DNA of 54,202 nt from Clostridia bacterium (lineage in GTDB: Bacteria; Bacillota; Clostridia; Oscillospirales; CAG-272). The stretch is from positions 1-54,202 of the forward strand of contig JAFQNZ010000211.1 of assembly GCA_017395715.1 (NCBI GenBank). The letters run 5' to 3'. Shown in pieces: positions 41,317 to 49,629 of this stretch. A model generated the notes under the pieces. The model searched no databases. It worked only from the letters and a program-made list of their open reading frames with translations, and had not been told where the DNA came from. The position numbers were made by a program, and so were the translations under genes. Positions within the stretch are counted from its first letter, which is position 1. Each line of letters starts with the position of its first letter.

Positions 41317-41753
41317 GAGCGTTCCTCCTTAAATTTGTGAGACTCCGCGATGAACCAAGTCGGGGTGAGACCGTACTTCGCCATGAACAAGGCTTTTGCA
41401 AGGGTCTCAATCAACTGATGTTGTGCGATCTCGAAGACCGCTTCTTCGCGGGATTTTTCATTAAAGGTGATGAATTTGAAGTGGAGCAGTTCGTGAATCA
41501 GCACTTGCTCCATGGGCTGTTTGAGAATCATATCAGGCGGCAGGTCTTCGGCTCGGCGAATACTGATGAGACCGCACATATTGACAAACTGCACTTCGGA
41601 TTCACCTGCACACTCAGGAAGGTTCATGTCTTCCTTCGGGCAGATACGAGCGGCAATTTGCCAATCGGAAAGACCGAGAAGACGTTTCCATTCTTCAAGG
41701 CATTCCAACAGCTCTTTTTCGCTGTCGAAGACAAGTTTGGGAGCATGGCTCAT
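41313..41753 (-). CDS. HExxH zinc-metallopeptidase-like protein
   Basis: HELLH motif. ATG at 41753 is preceded by AGGTGAAGAA. Confidence 0.4.
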   Translation of the reverse strand: MSHAPKLVFDSEKELLECLEEWKRLLGLSDWQIAARICPKEDMNLPECAGESEVQFVNMCGLISIRRAEDLPPDMILKQPMEQVLIHELLHFKFITFNEKSREEAVFEIAQHQLIETLAKALFMAKYGLTPTWFIAESHKFKEERS

Positions 41754-41923
41754 TTCTTCACCTGCTTCCTTACGCTGTCGGCGAGAACCGCCATAGCGCA
41801 CTTCTGAGCTTCTTCGTTCCACCATCCACACCGTTCCTGAATACAGTCAAAGGTGCCGGGGCATTCTTTATCGGGAGGGATGTTGAAGCTCATCGGGCAG
41901 AGAATCTTTTCCTGATCGGACAT
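41750..41923 (-). CDS. Cys-rich mini-protein (57 aa, below the ORF-track cutoff)
   Basis: ATG at 41923 is preceded by AAAGGAGG. Translation is MSDQEKILCPMSFNIPPDKECPGTFDCIQERCGWWNEEAQKC... It overlaps the upstream ORF by 56 nt and the downstream one by ATGA. Confidence 0.45.
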   Translation of the reverse strand: MSDQEKILCPMSFNIPPDKECPGTFDCIQERCGWWNEEAQKCAMAVLADSVRKQVKK

Positions 41924-42119
41924 GGTTCTTTTCCTCCTTTAAGGCGTTGATTGCTTTTCTCAGAGAGCGGATGCACCCGCTTCTCCAATTCGTTGAGTAA
42001 GGCATGATCTGAGTAATCATGTACTCCAAGTTCCAAATATCGTGGTCGTACTCATCCTTGTGCATGAGCAGTTCGATTGCTCGCTCATTCATGCGGATTC
42101 GGTACTTTTGTTCGTCCAT
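41868..42119 (-). CDS. Hypothetical protein (83 aa), first gene after promoter cassette B
   Basis: ATG at 42119 is preceded by GGAGGTG. Confidence 0.6.
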   Translation of the reverse strand: MDEQKYRIRMNERAIELLMHKDEYDHDIWNLEYMITQIMPYSTNWRSGCIRSLRKAINALKEEKNHVRSGKDSLPDELQHPSR

Positions 42120-42144
42120 GAGTCACCTCCGATTTCGCTTGGAG

Positions 42145-42232
42145 CTCAGATATTCCTGAGTTCTCTTAAAGAATATCAGAAATATCTGAGCTTGTCAAGC
42201 CTTTCGGGAAACTTTTCTCAGAAAAATCTGAG
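42145..42232 (-). promoter_or_regulatory. Promoter-operator cassette B (an inverted copy of 33264-33350)
   Basis: Minus strand reads TTGACA (42198-42193), 17 bp, TATTCT (42175-42170). Palindromes: CTCAGAAAAATCTGAG at 42217-42232, tcagaaatatctgag at 42176-42190, ctcagatattcctgag at 42145-42160. Confidence 0.6.
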
Positions 42233-42233
42233 A

Positions 42234-42422
42234 TTACCAATCAACGCCCATGTCATCAAGGCAGGTGAGAATCACGTTCCAATGGGGTGCGTTGCCCGGA
42301 CGGGTAGCACCACCCGCTTTCATGATCTCGGAGCGGTTGATGTTGCATCCCTTGCTTCTCATCCTGTGCCACAGGTCATCCATGGTGTACCCGTTAGCCC
42401 TCAGAGCAGTTCTCAGGTTCAT
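42234..42422 (-). CDS. Small putative DNA-binding protein (62 aa)
   Basis: ATG at 42422 is preceded by AAGGAGGTG. Confidence 0.5.
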   Translation of the reverse strand: MNLRTALRANGYTMDDLWHRMRSKGCNINRSEIMKAGGATRPGNAPHWNVILTCLDDMGVDW

Positions 42423-42663
42423 TTTTCTCACCTCCTTGCATGGCGTAGCGGATGAAGTAGTAAAGCTCACGGCGGCACTTATCGCACAGATGGAACTTGC
42501 TCGTGGGAGAGTAGAACCGCTTATCGGTGTAACCCGATTTGCTGTGCTCGTTCTTTTCACGAACTTCCTTCCATTCCATAACGTCAAGCCGACACGGGTG
42601 AGGTTCTTCGATCTTCACACCGCAACGGTCACAAACGATGGTCTTAACAATCACGGTTATCAC
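42394..42663 (-). CDS. Zinc-ribbon protein (89 aa)
   Basis: CDRCG ... CDKC. Confidence 0.55.
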   Translation of the reverse strand: MITVIVKTIVCDRCGVKIEEPHPCRLDVMEWKEVREKNEHSKSGYTDKRFYSPTSKFHLCDKCRRELYYFIRYAMQGGEKNEPENCSEG

Positions 42664-42878
42664 TCCTTCTTGATTTGTTCCCCAAGCACGAGGAGTTGTT
42701 CACGGATGCAGGTAATGCGGCGAAGCATAGATTCGCGGGAATCTTCACGGCAGAGCATATATCCCGCCCACGGGTGCTTATCTCCCGTTTTCTTTTGGCA
42801 GTCCTCGTATCGAGCCAAGCTCTCACCGAGGGATTTCACCATGGTTTCGACCATGCGTAAGCGTTCGGACTTTTCCAT
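42660..42878 (-). CDS. Hypothetical protein (72 aa)
   Basis: ORF in the coupled array. Confidence 0.55.
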   Translation of the reverse strand: MEKSERLRMVETMVKSLGESLARYEDCQKKTGDKHPWAGYMLCREDSRESMLRRITCIREQLLVLGEQIKKE

Positions 42879-42882
42879 ACGC

Positions 42883-43074
42883 TCACCTCACGATCACGTT
42901 GTCGAGCAGGTTCTTCATGGTCAGAACCGTCCAGTAAGTGATAATCCATCCCCACATATTCGCGCCATTGAGAAGACCGTTGAGTACGACTCCCGCAATG
43001 ACGGCGAGGGCAAGGACAAGCAACCGCTTTGTGGCATCGAGGTAGAATTTCCAATCAGGATTCACGCTGTTCAC
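42883..43074 (-). CDS. Small membrane protein
   Basis: Contains two hydrophobic segments. The start is GTG at 43074 or GTG at 43065. Confidence 0.5.
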   Translation of the reverse strand: MNSVNPDWKFYLDATKRLLVLALAVIAGVVLNGLLNGANMWGWIITYWTVLTMKNLLDNVIVR

Positions 43075-43214
43075 CTCCGATTCTGATAGTTCGGAGGGAA
43101 ACCCTGACCCTCACGCTTGCCCTGATGGTAGCGAGACCATGCGCGAATCTCGAAAAGCTCTACGATTGCGCCACCCAGGAACATGAAACCAAGTGCTTGA
43201 AAAACAGTCATCAT
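43071..43214 (-). CDS. Small membrane peptide (47 aa, below the ORF-track cutoff)
   Basis: ATG at 43214 is preceded by AAGGAGGAG. Translation begins MMTVFQALGFMFLGGAIVELFEIRAW... Confidence 0.45.
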   Translation of the reverse strand: MMTVFQALGFMFLGGAIVELFEIRAWSRYHQGKREGQGFPPNYQNRR

Positions 43215-43223
43215 AACTCCTCC

Positions 43224-43640
43224 TTAGAGAGTATCGTCTTCGCAAGAGATCACTCTGCGAATGCCCGAATTGGTAATCATTCGACTACACATTTCACAGG
43301 GCGTGGGATTCTTCATGCGTTCGCCGTTCTCGAATCCCGCGAGGAACAGGATTGCTCCGCACATTTCTTCACGGCTTGCATTGATAATGGCGTTGGCTTC
43401 CGCATGGACGGCTTTACACTTTTCGTACTGCTGACCATGGGGAATGTTGTGGGCTTCACGGTAGCACTCGTTCAGGTCACAGCAGTTCACCAAACCTCGT
43501 GCCGTACCGTTGTAGCCCGTGGAGACGATGGTGTCGTTCTTCACGATCACCGCACCGTATTGTCTGCGAATACAGGTGCTTCGGGCGGCTACTGCCGCCG
43601 CAATGTCAAGGTAATACTTGACTTTGGAAGGTCTTTCCAT
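43224..43640 (-). CDS. dCMP deaminase (cytidine/deoxycytidylate deaminase family)
   Basis: Zinc-binding motifs CKAVHAEANAI (HAE) and PCEMC (PCxxC). Confidence 0.8.
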   Translation of the reverse strand: MERPSKVKYYLDIAAAVAARSTCIRRQYGAVIVKNDTIVSTGYNGTARGLVNCCDLNECYREAHNIPHGQQYEKCKAVHAEANAIINASREEMCGAILFLAGFENGERMKNPTPCEMCSRMITNSGIRRVISCEDDTL

Positions 43641-43644
43641 ATCG

Positions 43645-44433
43645 TCACCTCTTGTAGCGGGTTACGCTGTTGACGATGGTCTGCAATTCGTTACGAGGAA
43701 GCTCCGGATCACAGGCCACGGTGTTGCAGTAGATCAACTCATCGTATATCTGCGCTTTGGAATACCCCTGATTGTGGAGCATACCTGCGAGAGAAGTCAG
43801 GCAGATATTGCGGCATCCGTTGGGAATGCGAGGATATACGGGTCTGAGCTTGATGCGACTTCCTACGGGCTTTTCCCAAATGGGGGTGTACACTCGATTA
43901 CCCATGGGCTTCGAGTTCTCATCACGCTTCACTTCGGGGAAATACTTCTCTACCACATAATCAATCGCTTCCTGATTCTCACGCAGGGTGTGGTATACGA
44001 TTGCATCGCCCGTCATAATGAAGTAGCGGGATGAGCGGTATATCTCCACGCCGTTCAGGTTGTTCCTACCCTTGAAGGGGAGCGTACCTCGGAGCAGGAT
44101 ATGGAAACCTCTACCGCTTCGGCTTCGCTCGGTGTAGCTCTGACACTTGCCGAGAATGTCGGCGGCAACTGCGGTGATGAAGCCATCATCGTCATAGCCT
44201 GTATCAATGTCGATACCCACCAAATCGTTATCGTTGAATACGAAGCCGATGTTGTCATAGTGTCCATCCGCTACCGCCTGAACAGCGGTAGCGAACGGAG
44301 ACCATGTATCGGGGTCGGTCGAGGAAGCCGCTTCTCGCTCAAAGGACTTCATCGGAACTTTGCTGTCTGCATGGACACATACCCATTGGTCAAGCTCTTT
44401 CAGGGCTTGGGGAATGTGTTCATACTGACTCAT
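43645..44433 (-). CDS. Primase-polymerase (AEP / bifunctional prim-pol) with a PriCT-like C-terminus
   Basis: VGIDIDTGYDDDG (DxD) and SRSGRGFHILL (sGxGxH). ATG at 44433 forms a TGATG overlap. Confidence 0.7.
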   Translation of the reverse strand: MSQYEHIPQALKELDQWVCVHADSKVPMKSFEREAASSTDPDTWSPFATAVQAVADGHYDNIGFVFNDNDLVGIDIDTGYDDDGFITAVAADILGKCQSYTERSRSGRGFHILLRGTLPFKGRNNLNGVEIYRSSRYFIMTGDAIVYHTLRENQEAIDYVVEKYFPEVKRDENSKPMGNRVYTPIWEKPVGSRIKLRPVYPRIPNGCRNICLTSLAGMLHNQGYSKAQIYDELIYCNTVACDPELPRNELQTIVNSVTRYKR

Positions 44434-44744
44434 CAGATGAGACCCCTCCGCTTTGCGACCTTCTTTTCGAGGTCGTTCACCATGTTCCAAACATGGTTCT
44501 GCTCCATGCGATGTTCCTTGGCGATCTTGGTAATCGCTTCGGGCAGGGGCGCGGTATCAGAGTAGAGAGCCACGAACACTTCACGCTCCTCATCGGAGTA
44601 GGTGTTCAGAGCGGTGTGACAGGCATTCCAGTTCTTCTTATCAGCTTCGGTCTTGAAGCGGGGCTGTTCGGAAGAAGCATTGATACGGCTCTTGGCGTAG
44701 AAACGCATGGCGTGTTTCACATACTCGGCGTAATGAGGTCTCAT
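44433..44744 (-). CDS. Putative late transcription regulator (sigma-70 region-4-like HTH)
   Basis: EEREVFVALYSD...ITKIAKEHRMEQNHVWNMVNDLEKKVAKRRGLI resembles region 4 of small phage sigma or RinA/ArpU-type activators. Confidence 0.4.
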   Translation of the reverse strand: MRPHYAEYVKHAMRFYAKSRINASSEQPRFKTEADKKNWNACHTALNTYSDEEREVFVALYSDTAPLPEAITKIAKEHRMEQNHVWNMVNDLEKKVAKRRGLI

Positions 44745-44989
44745 TCGGCATCCTCCTTCTTGACCTTGGTCTTCTTGGCGGGTACTTCCTCCAGCGGGAA
44801 GAAGTATTTGTCATCGACACAGCGGAACATGGCGTTGCACAGGGCGGCAACCTGCTCATCCTTCACGACCTTACCGCTCTTGATGATCTGTTCCGCGCTG
44901 GACAGGGGCATGGTGTTCTGAACGAAATGCTTGCCCGTCCGCATGACGAAAGTGACCTTGTTATCCTTAGCTTTGATCTTCATATCCAT
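44741..44989 (-). CDS. Hypothetical protein (82 aa)
   Basis: ORF in the coupled array. Confidence 0.55.
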   Translation of the reverse strand: MDMKIKAKDNKVTFVMRTGKHFVQNTMPLSSAEQIIKSGKVVKDEQVAALCNAMFRCVDDKYFFPLEEVPAKKTKVKKEDAE

Positions 44990-45002
44990 GGTGGTTTCCT
45001 CC

Positions 45003-46901
45003 TTATTTCTTGCAATCGTGCTTCACACGATCACGCTCCTCGGCGCGTTTGGCGTTATTGAAGCGGTCGAGAGTACCTACGAGATAGCCCGTGATACGGC
45101 GAATGCGCTCGAACTTACCTTCTTCCTCGGTGCGTCCGCAACGGGGGCAGGTATCACCGATGATACCGTTATAGCCGCACACAGGGTCACGGTCTACGGG
45201 ATGGTTGATCGAACCATAGCCAATACCGCATTCCTTCATGTAGCGGATGACGGATTCAAAGGCTTCGAGGTTCTTGCTCGCATCGCCGTCCATTTCCACA
45301 TAGCTGATGTGACCTGCGTTGGTGAACGCATGATACGGGGCTTCGAGCCTGATCTTGTCGTAGATGCTGATGGGATAGTAGACGGGGATGTGGAAGCTGT
45401 TGGTGTAATAATCACGGTCGGTAACGCCCTCGATCTCACCGTAACGCTTCTTATCCATCCGCACGAATCGACCCGAAAGGCTTTCAGCAGGGGTCGCAAG
45501 GCAGGTGACGTTCATAGAAAGCTCCTTGGACTTGCGATCACAGAAGGTGCGGATATAGGAGACGATGAACTGACCAAGCTCCTGCGCTTCCTCGCTCTCG
45601 CCGTGATGCTTACCCGTAAGGGATTTCAGCGTTTCGGCAAGGCCGATGAAGCCGATGGACAGCGTACCGTGTTTCAGCACTTCGCCGATCTCATCTTCCG
45701 AACCAAGGGTGTCAGAATCAATCCACACACCCTCGCCCATCAGGAAAGGGAAGTTACGAACCACCCTGCGGCTCTGCACCTCGAAGCGGTCAAGCAACTG
45801 CTTCATGACCTTGTTCAGCATATCGGTGAGCAGGTCGAAGAACTTGTCCACATCACCCTTGGCTACGATAGCAAGGCGGGGCAGGTTGATGGAAGTGAAG
45901 CTCAGATTGCCACGACCATTGCTGATCTCACGGGAGGGGTCGTAAACATTGCCCAAAACCCTCGTGCGACAACCCATGTAGGCCACCTGAGTTTCAGGAC
46001 GGTCGGGGTCGTAGTATTGCAGGTTGAACGGTGCATCCACGAAGGAGAAGTTCGGGAACAGCCGCTTGGAACTCACGCGCATGGCCAGACGGAACAGGTC
46101 GTAACTGGGGTCTTCGGGGTTGTAGTTCACACCTTCCTTGACTCGGAAAATTTGAATCGGGAAGATGGGCGTTTCACCATTGCCGAGACCCGCTTCCGTT
46201 GCGAGAAGCAACTGCTCAATCACGAGCCGTCCTTCCCAGCTGGTGTCCATGCCGTAATTGATGGAGGAGAACGGCACTTGCGCACCTGCGCGGGAGTGCA
46301 TGGTGTTCAGGTTGTGAATGAAGCCCTCCATGGCCTGATAGGTGTCACGCTTGGTGGCTTTCATCGCCATCTTCTCAGCCCAACCATCCACCCACTCACA
46401 GTCAAGATCAACGATGATCTCTCGGTAGTGTTTCAGATGCTTTTCGTAGGTCAGGCGCACACCCTTCGCCATGGCGTAGTCAAAGTTCACGATGCTCTGA
46501 CCGCCGTGCTGATCGTTCTGATTGCTCTGCACCGCAATCGCCGCGAGAGCCGCATACGAGCCGATGGACTTGGGTTCACGAAGATGACCATGACCCGTAT
46601 TGAAGCCATCCGCAAACAGCGTCAGCAGGTCGATCTGGGTACAGGTGGTAGTCCAACCGTAGAAGTCAAGATCGTGAATGTGAATCCATCCTTCACGGTG
46701 AAGGGCGGCGATTTCAGGGTCGATCATCGTATCAAGGTAGTATTCCTTGGCGGTGTTCGCGCCCTGCTGGAGCATCGCGCCCATGGGGGTATCGCCGTTG
46801 ATATTGGCGTTGTCCCGCTTCAAATCGCTGTCGCGGGATGAGAGGGCGGTAATGTTGTCGAAGATCGTTTTCACCTTACCGCCGAACTCTGCAAGGTTCA
46901 T
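45003..46901 (-). CDS. nrdD: Anaerobic ribonucleoside-triphosphate reductase
   Basis: C-terminal CPRCG zinc site and glycyl-radical motif RIRRITGYLVG. ATG at 46901 is preceded by AAAGGAGG. Confidence 0.9.
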   Translation of the reverse strand: MNLAEFGGKVKTIFDNITALSSRDSDLKRDNANINGDTPMGAMLQQGANTAKEYYLDTMIDPEIAALHREGWIHIHDLDFYGWTTTCTQIDLLTLFADGFNTGHGHLREPKSIGSYAALAAIAVQSNQNDQHGGQSIVNFDYAMAKGVRLTYEKHLKHYREIIVDLDCEWVDGWAEKMAMKATKRDTYQAMEGFIHNLNTMHSRAGAQVPFSSINYGMDTSWEGRLVIEQLLLATEAGLGNGETPIFPIQIFRVKEGVNYNPEDPSYDLFRLAMRVSSKRLFPNFSFVDAPFNLQYYDPDRPETQVAYMGCRTRVLGNVYDPSREISNGRGNLSFTSINLPRLAIVAKGDVDKFFDLLTDMLNKVMKQLLDRFEVQSRRVVRNFPFLMGEGVWIDSDTLGSEDEIGEVLKHGTLSIGFIGLAETLKSLTGKHHGESEEAQELGQFIVSYIRTFCDRKSKELSMNVTCLATPAESLSGRFVRMDKKRYGEIEGVTDRDYYTNSFHIPVYYPISIYDKIRLEAPYHAFTNAGHISYVEMDGDASKNLEAFESVIRYMKECGIGYGSINHPVDRDPVCGYNGIIGDTCPRCGRTEEEGKFERIRRITGYLVGTLDRFNNAKRAEERDRVKHDCKK

Positions 46902-47521
46902 GCCTTTTCCTCCTTTCTCATGAGTTTGAACCACTCATTAAAGAAATCATATCGGGTCTGAATCGAAGCACCCTGAATCGGAATGTTCTGTTCAGCACAC
47001 CACTTGTTGAACTTCTCCCACTTGCCGCACCGATAGATTTCAGGGCAACCGCCGCGATACACACAATTCGGCACGAGCACATCTGCGATCTCAGGTTCGA
47101 TCTCGTGAAGTGCTTCTTTGAAATCCTCAGCGTAACCACGGGTTTCGGGGGAAGCCTGTTCACACAGGCGTTTGCGCCATGTGTCGATCAAATGCTGTAC
47201 GTTGGCATCGCCGACAAAGGTCTGAGGTTCATCCTGGGGGAGCTTTTCGCGGGGAATACCCGTTCTGTCGCTACGCTGAGTACGAACGAATTTCTCCCAC
47301 TTGTGACGAACCCAATGAACAGTAATCCAATGCGGCATATCGCGCCAACGCCACTTGATCTGAATATCCCTGATGGGACTATGCTCCGCGATAAGGATGG
47401 AGCGTTTGAACTTTCGGGAGGGTTCTTTGCCAAGCTCGTCCTTACCTACGGTGGAACGGCAATCGTTGGCTACTTCCTCCCAATCACCCTTGCGTTTCAG
47501 AATTTCGGTCAGAAAGCCCAT
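46898..47521 (-). CDS. Divergent ThyX-like (flavin-dependent thymidylate synthase fold) protein
   Basis: EHSP, then 21 residues, then VRHKWEKFVRTQRSDR. Canonical ThyX reads H-x-SP, then 21 residues, then VRHR-x7-SQR. The spacing is preserved, but the signature reads RHK and TQR. Confidence 0.45.
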   Translation of the reverse strand: MGFLTEILKRKGDWEEVANDCRSTVGKDELGKEPSRKFKRSILIAEHSPIRDIQIKWRWRDMPHWITVHWVRHKWEKFVRTQRSDRTGIPREKLPQDEPQTFVGDANVQHLIDTWRKRLCEQASPETRGYAEDFKEALHEIEPEIADVLVPNCVYRGGCPEIYRCGKWEKFNKWCAEQNIPIQGASIQTRYDFFNEWFKLMRKEEKA

Positions 47522-47524
47522 GGC

Positions 47525-48115
47525 TCATACTCCTTTCACATGGGAAGCGATCATATCGGCATGATGCGTCCACAGGACATTCGGATAGGTATGAACGGCA
47601 CGAGTGTAATCGCTCCATTCCTCACGGTCGGTGAAAGCACCCATGTGGTAACGGATGCAAGCGACTTCCTCCTCGGTCAACTTCATCAGGGAAGCGAGCT
47701 TCATGACGGATTTATCACCATGACCTTTGAGAAGGGTGTTCTTGTTGTACTCGTAATGAGTACCCGTATCGAGGAACAGTTCAGCATCGCCATTGCGAAT
47801 CGTCTGACCCGGCTCTACGGTGTAGGCATCCATCTTGCACAGATCGTGGAACATACCAACAATGAGGGGGCTTTCGGGGCGTTCCCACACCAAGCCGTTC
47901 GCCTTGGTCAGTTCCCAAAGGGTCTGCGCCACCTCGAAGGAGTGGTCGAAAAGGCCACCCTCATAAGAGCCGTGATACTTGGTGGAAGCAGGAGCGGTGA
48001 AGAAACCGTGCTCCGAAAGGTAATTGGTGATCTCGTTCGGGATGAACGGAGACATACGCTTGGTGAACTGGAATACGCGACTCGCGTAGTTCACCTGACA
48101 GGTCGTTTCTCCCAT
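47525..48115 (-). CDS. HD-domain phosphohydrolase
   Basis: KYHG...GGLFDHS and VGMFHDLCK (H...HD...D pattern). Confidence 0.7.
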   Translation of the reverse strand: MGETTCQVNYASRVFQFTKRMSPFIPNEITNYLSEHGFFTAPASTKYHGSYEGGLFDHSFEVAQTLWELTKANGLVWERPESPLIVGMFHDLCKMDAYTVEPGQTIRNGDAELFLDTGTHYEYNKNTLLKGHGDKSVMKLASLMKLTEEEVACIRYHMGAFTDREEWSDYTRAVHTYPNVLWTHHADMIASHVKGV

Positions 48116-48468
48116 TATGATTGTCTCCTTTCGTATTCAGGACGATGGATACTCTGCTCGGCGGTGAACTTCTGCGGGTATCGCTTTTCGAGCTTCTTGA
48201 TGTTGCCCTGAGCCACATCTTCCAAAGTGATACCCAAGCCCGTAGCGGTCTGAGCAACGTACCACAGCACGTCTCCAAGCTCATCAATGAGCCTGTTGGG
48301 GTCGAACTCGTGCTCCTGAAACTCCACCTTTTTCAGAATGTCAATGCACTCTCCGGCTTCACCACACATACCGTAGCAACCGTTCTGCATCTTCTGCCAA
48401 GGGGTGAGTTTCGGATTGCTCGTCCGTTCAGCGAGCTTTTGATACTCATTTAACTGCACTACCCGCAT
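48115..48468 (-). CDS. MazG-like nucleotide pyrophosphohydrolase
   Basis: LNEYQKLAERT...GMCGEAGE...ELGDVLWYV is the EXXE...EXXD MazG signature. Confidence 0.75.
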   Translation of the reverse strand: MRVVQLNEYQKLAERTSNPKLTPWQKMQNGCYGMCGEAGECIDILKKVEFQEHEFDPNRLIDELGDVLWYVAQTATGLGITLEDVAQGNIKKLEKRYPQKFTAEQSIHRPEYERRQS

Positions 48469-48742
48469 CCTCCATTTCGAGAACCGTCATGATAGCGTAG
48501 TTGGCAAGGTCGAGCAGGGTATCTTTCAGGGATTCATCCGACACCTTCTGCGTATCGAGCTTGCGGGAAAGGGTCTTGAAGCGATTGAACTTATCACCAA
48601 GGCGAATGCGGGGCATCGCCATACCCTCCTCCACGAAGGTCTGATGGAAACTATCACCGTAATCGTGATTCTTCTTCGCGTAGAGGTTGTTCAGAGCCAA
48701 GCAAATCTGCTTATGGCGTTCAACCTTGTTGTTACAGATCAT
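48446..48742 (-). CDS. DUF1599-like (MazG-related all-alpha) protein
   Basis: YAKKNHDYGDSF ... IRLGDKFNRFKTL. ATG at 48742 is preceded by AAAGGAG. Confidence 0.5.
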   Translation of the reverse strand: MICNNKVERHKQICLALNNLYAKKNHDYGDSFHQTFVEEGMAMPRIRLGDKFNRFKTLSRKLDTQKVSDESLKDTLLDLANYAIMTVLEMEDAGSAVK

Positions 48743-48808
48743 GAAATTCACTCCTTTTTGCAAGCCGGGGGAACATCTTGCGATGCTCCCCCAGTCGGTA
48801 GGTGTTGC

Positions 48809-49279
48809 TTATTTCAGCAGGGAATCAAGGTCGAGACCACCAGCGGGAGCAGATGCGCTCGGCGCGGGAGTGGGCTTCGCGGCCGGGGCAGGGATTTCAT
48901 CGAAGCCATCGGCCGGGGACTTATCGCCGAGGTTGGCGAAGGTGACGGTCTTGGTGGGGTCTTTGCGGGAGGGCATCTTGGTATGCACCACCTCAGCACG
49001 GATGTAGTGGTCGATGATGTCGGTGTGGTCAATGTCCTCCACGGTGAAGTCATTGAGCGCGGTCTTGGCGAAGTAACTGAAAGCGTTCAGAGCCTTTTCG
49101 TTCGGTTCGCTGTTGTTATCCATCAGGGAGAAGTTCTCGGTGTGCTTCATGCCCTGAGCGTTCACCAGCATGACGGAGAGCTTACCGAAGGTCTCGTCAT
49201 ACTTCACATCGTAGATACGGAACACATACGTTCCTTCGGGAATCAGCGTAAAACCGCTGGTCATGGGAATCCTTGCCAT
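48809..49279 (-). CDS. Putative ssDNA-binding protein (DUF669-like)
   Basis: 156 aa, located beside the exonuclease/annealase genes. It has a Pro/Ala-rich linker and an acidic tail (GGLDLDSLLK). Confidence 0.4.
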   Translation of the reverse strand: MARIPMTSGFTLIPEGTYVFRIYDVKYDETFGKLSVMLVNAQGMKHTENFSLMDNNSEPNEKALNAFSYFAKTALNDFTVEDIDHTDIIDHYIRAEVVHTKMPSRKDPTKTVTFANLGDKSPADGFDEIPAPAAKPTPAPSASAPAGGLDLDSLLK

Positions 49280-49293
49280 TGTCGTTTTCCTCC

Positions 49294-49617
49294 TTATTCT
49301 TCGTAAATGATGGTCAGTCCGTAAGCCTTCGCCGCTTCATGCTCGATGCGGCAACCACGGGCATTTTCCCAACCCTTGCAGAAGTAAGCCGCATGACACA
49401 GGCTCATGTTTTCGAGAGACTTGGCGAGGAAACAGAGCGGAATCTGCACCACACCGCGCTTCTCCATGGCTTCCTTGCTGTACCACTCATCAGTAAACAG
49501 CGTGTTCACGATCTCATAGCCCTGAGCTTCGAGAGCGTGAATCGCACGTTCACGGGTAGCGATGATCTCCTGTTCGGACTTACCAGCCATCGGCTGAGAG
49601 AGCATAGCTTTCATCAT
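49294..49617 (-). CDS. DUF4406-like protein (nucleoside 2-deoxyribosyltransferase-like fold)
   Basis: MLSQPMAGKSEQEI ... CKGWENARGCRIEHEAAKAYGL. Confidence 0.4.
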   Translation of the reverse strand: MMKAMLSQPMAGKSEQEIIATRERAIHALEAQGYEIVNTLFTDEWYSKEAMEKRGVVQIPLCFLAKSLENMSLCHAAYFCKGWENARGCRIEHEAAKAYGLTIIYEE

Positions 49618-49629
49618 GGGGAATCCTCC

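Noticed and set aside
33264-42232. The inverted promoter cassettes A and B considered as recombination sites for the small serine recombinase, giving an invertible 8.9-kb segment.
   Set aside because: The copies share only about 80% identity over about 63 bp and are fully explained as promoter/operator units. Inversion would disrupt the co-directional gene array. The sequence gives no evidence for both orientations.
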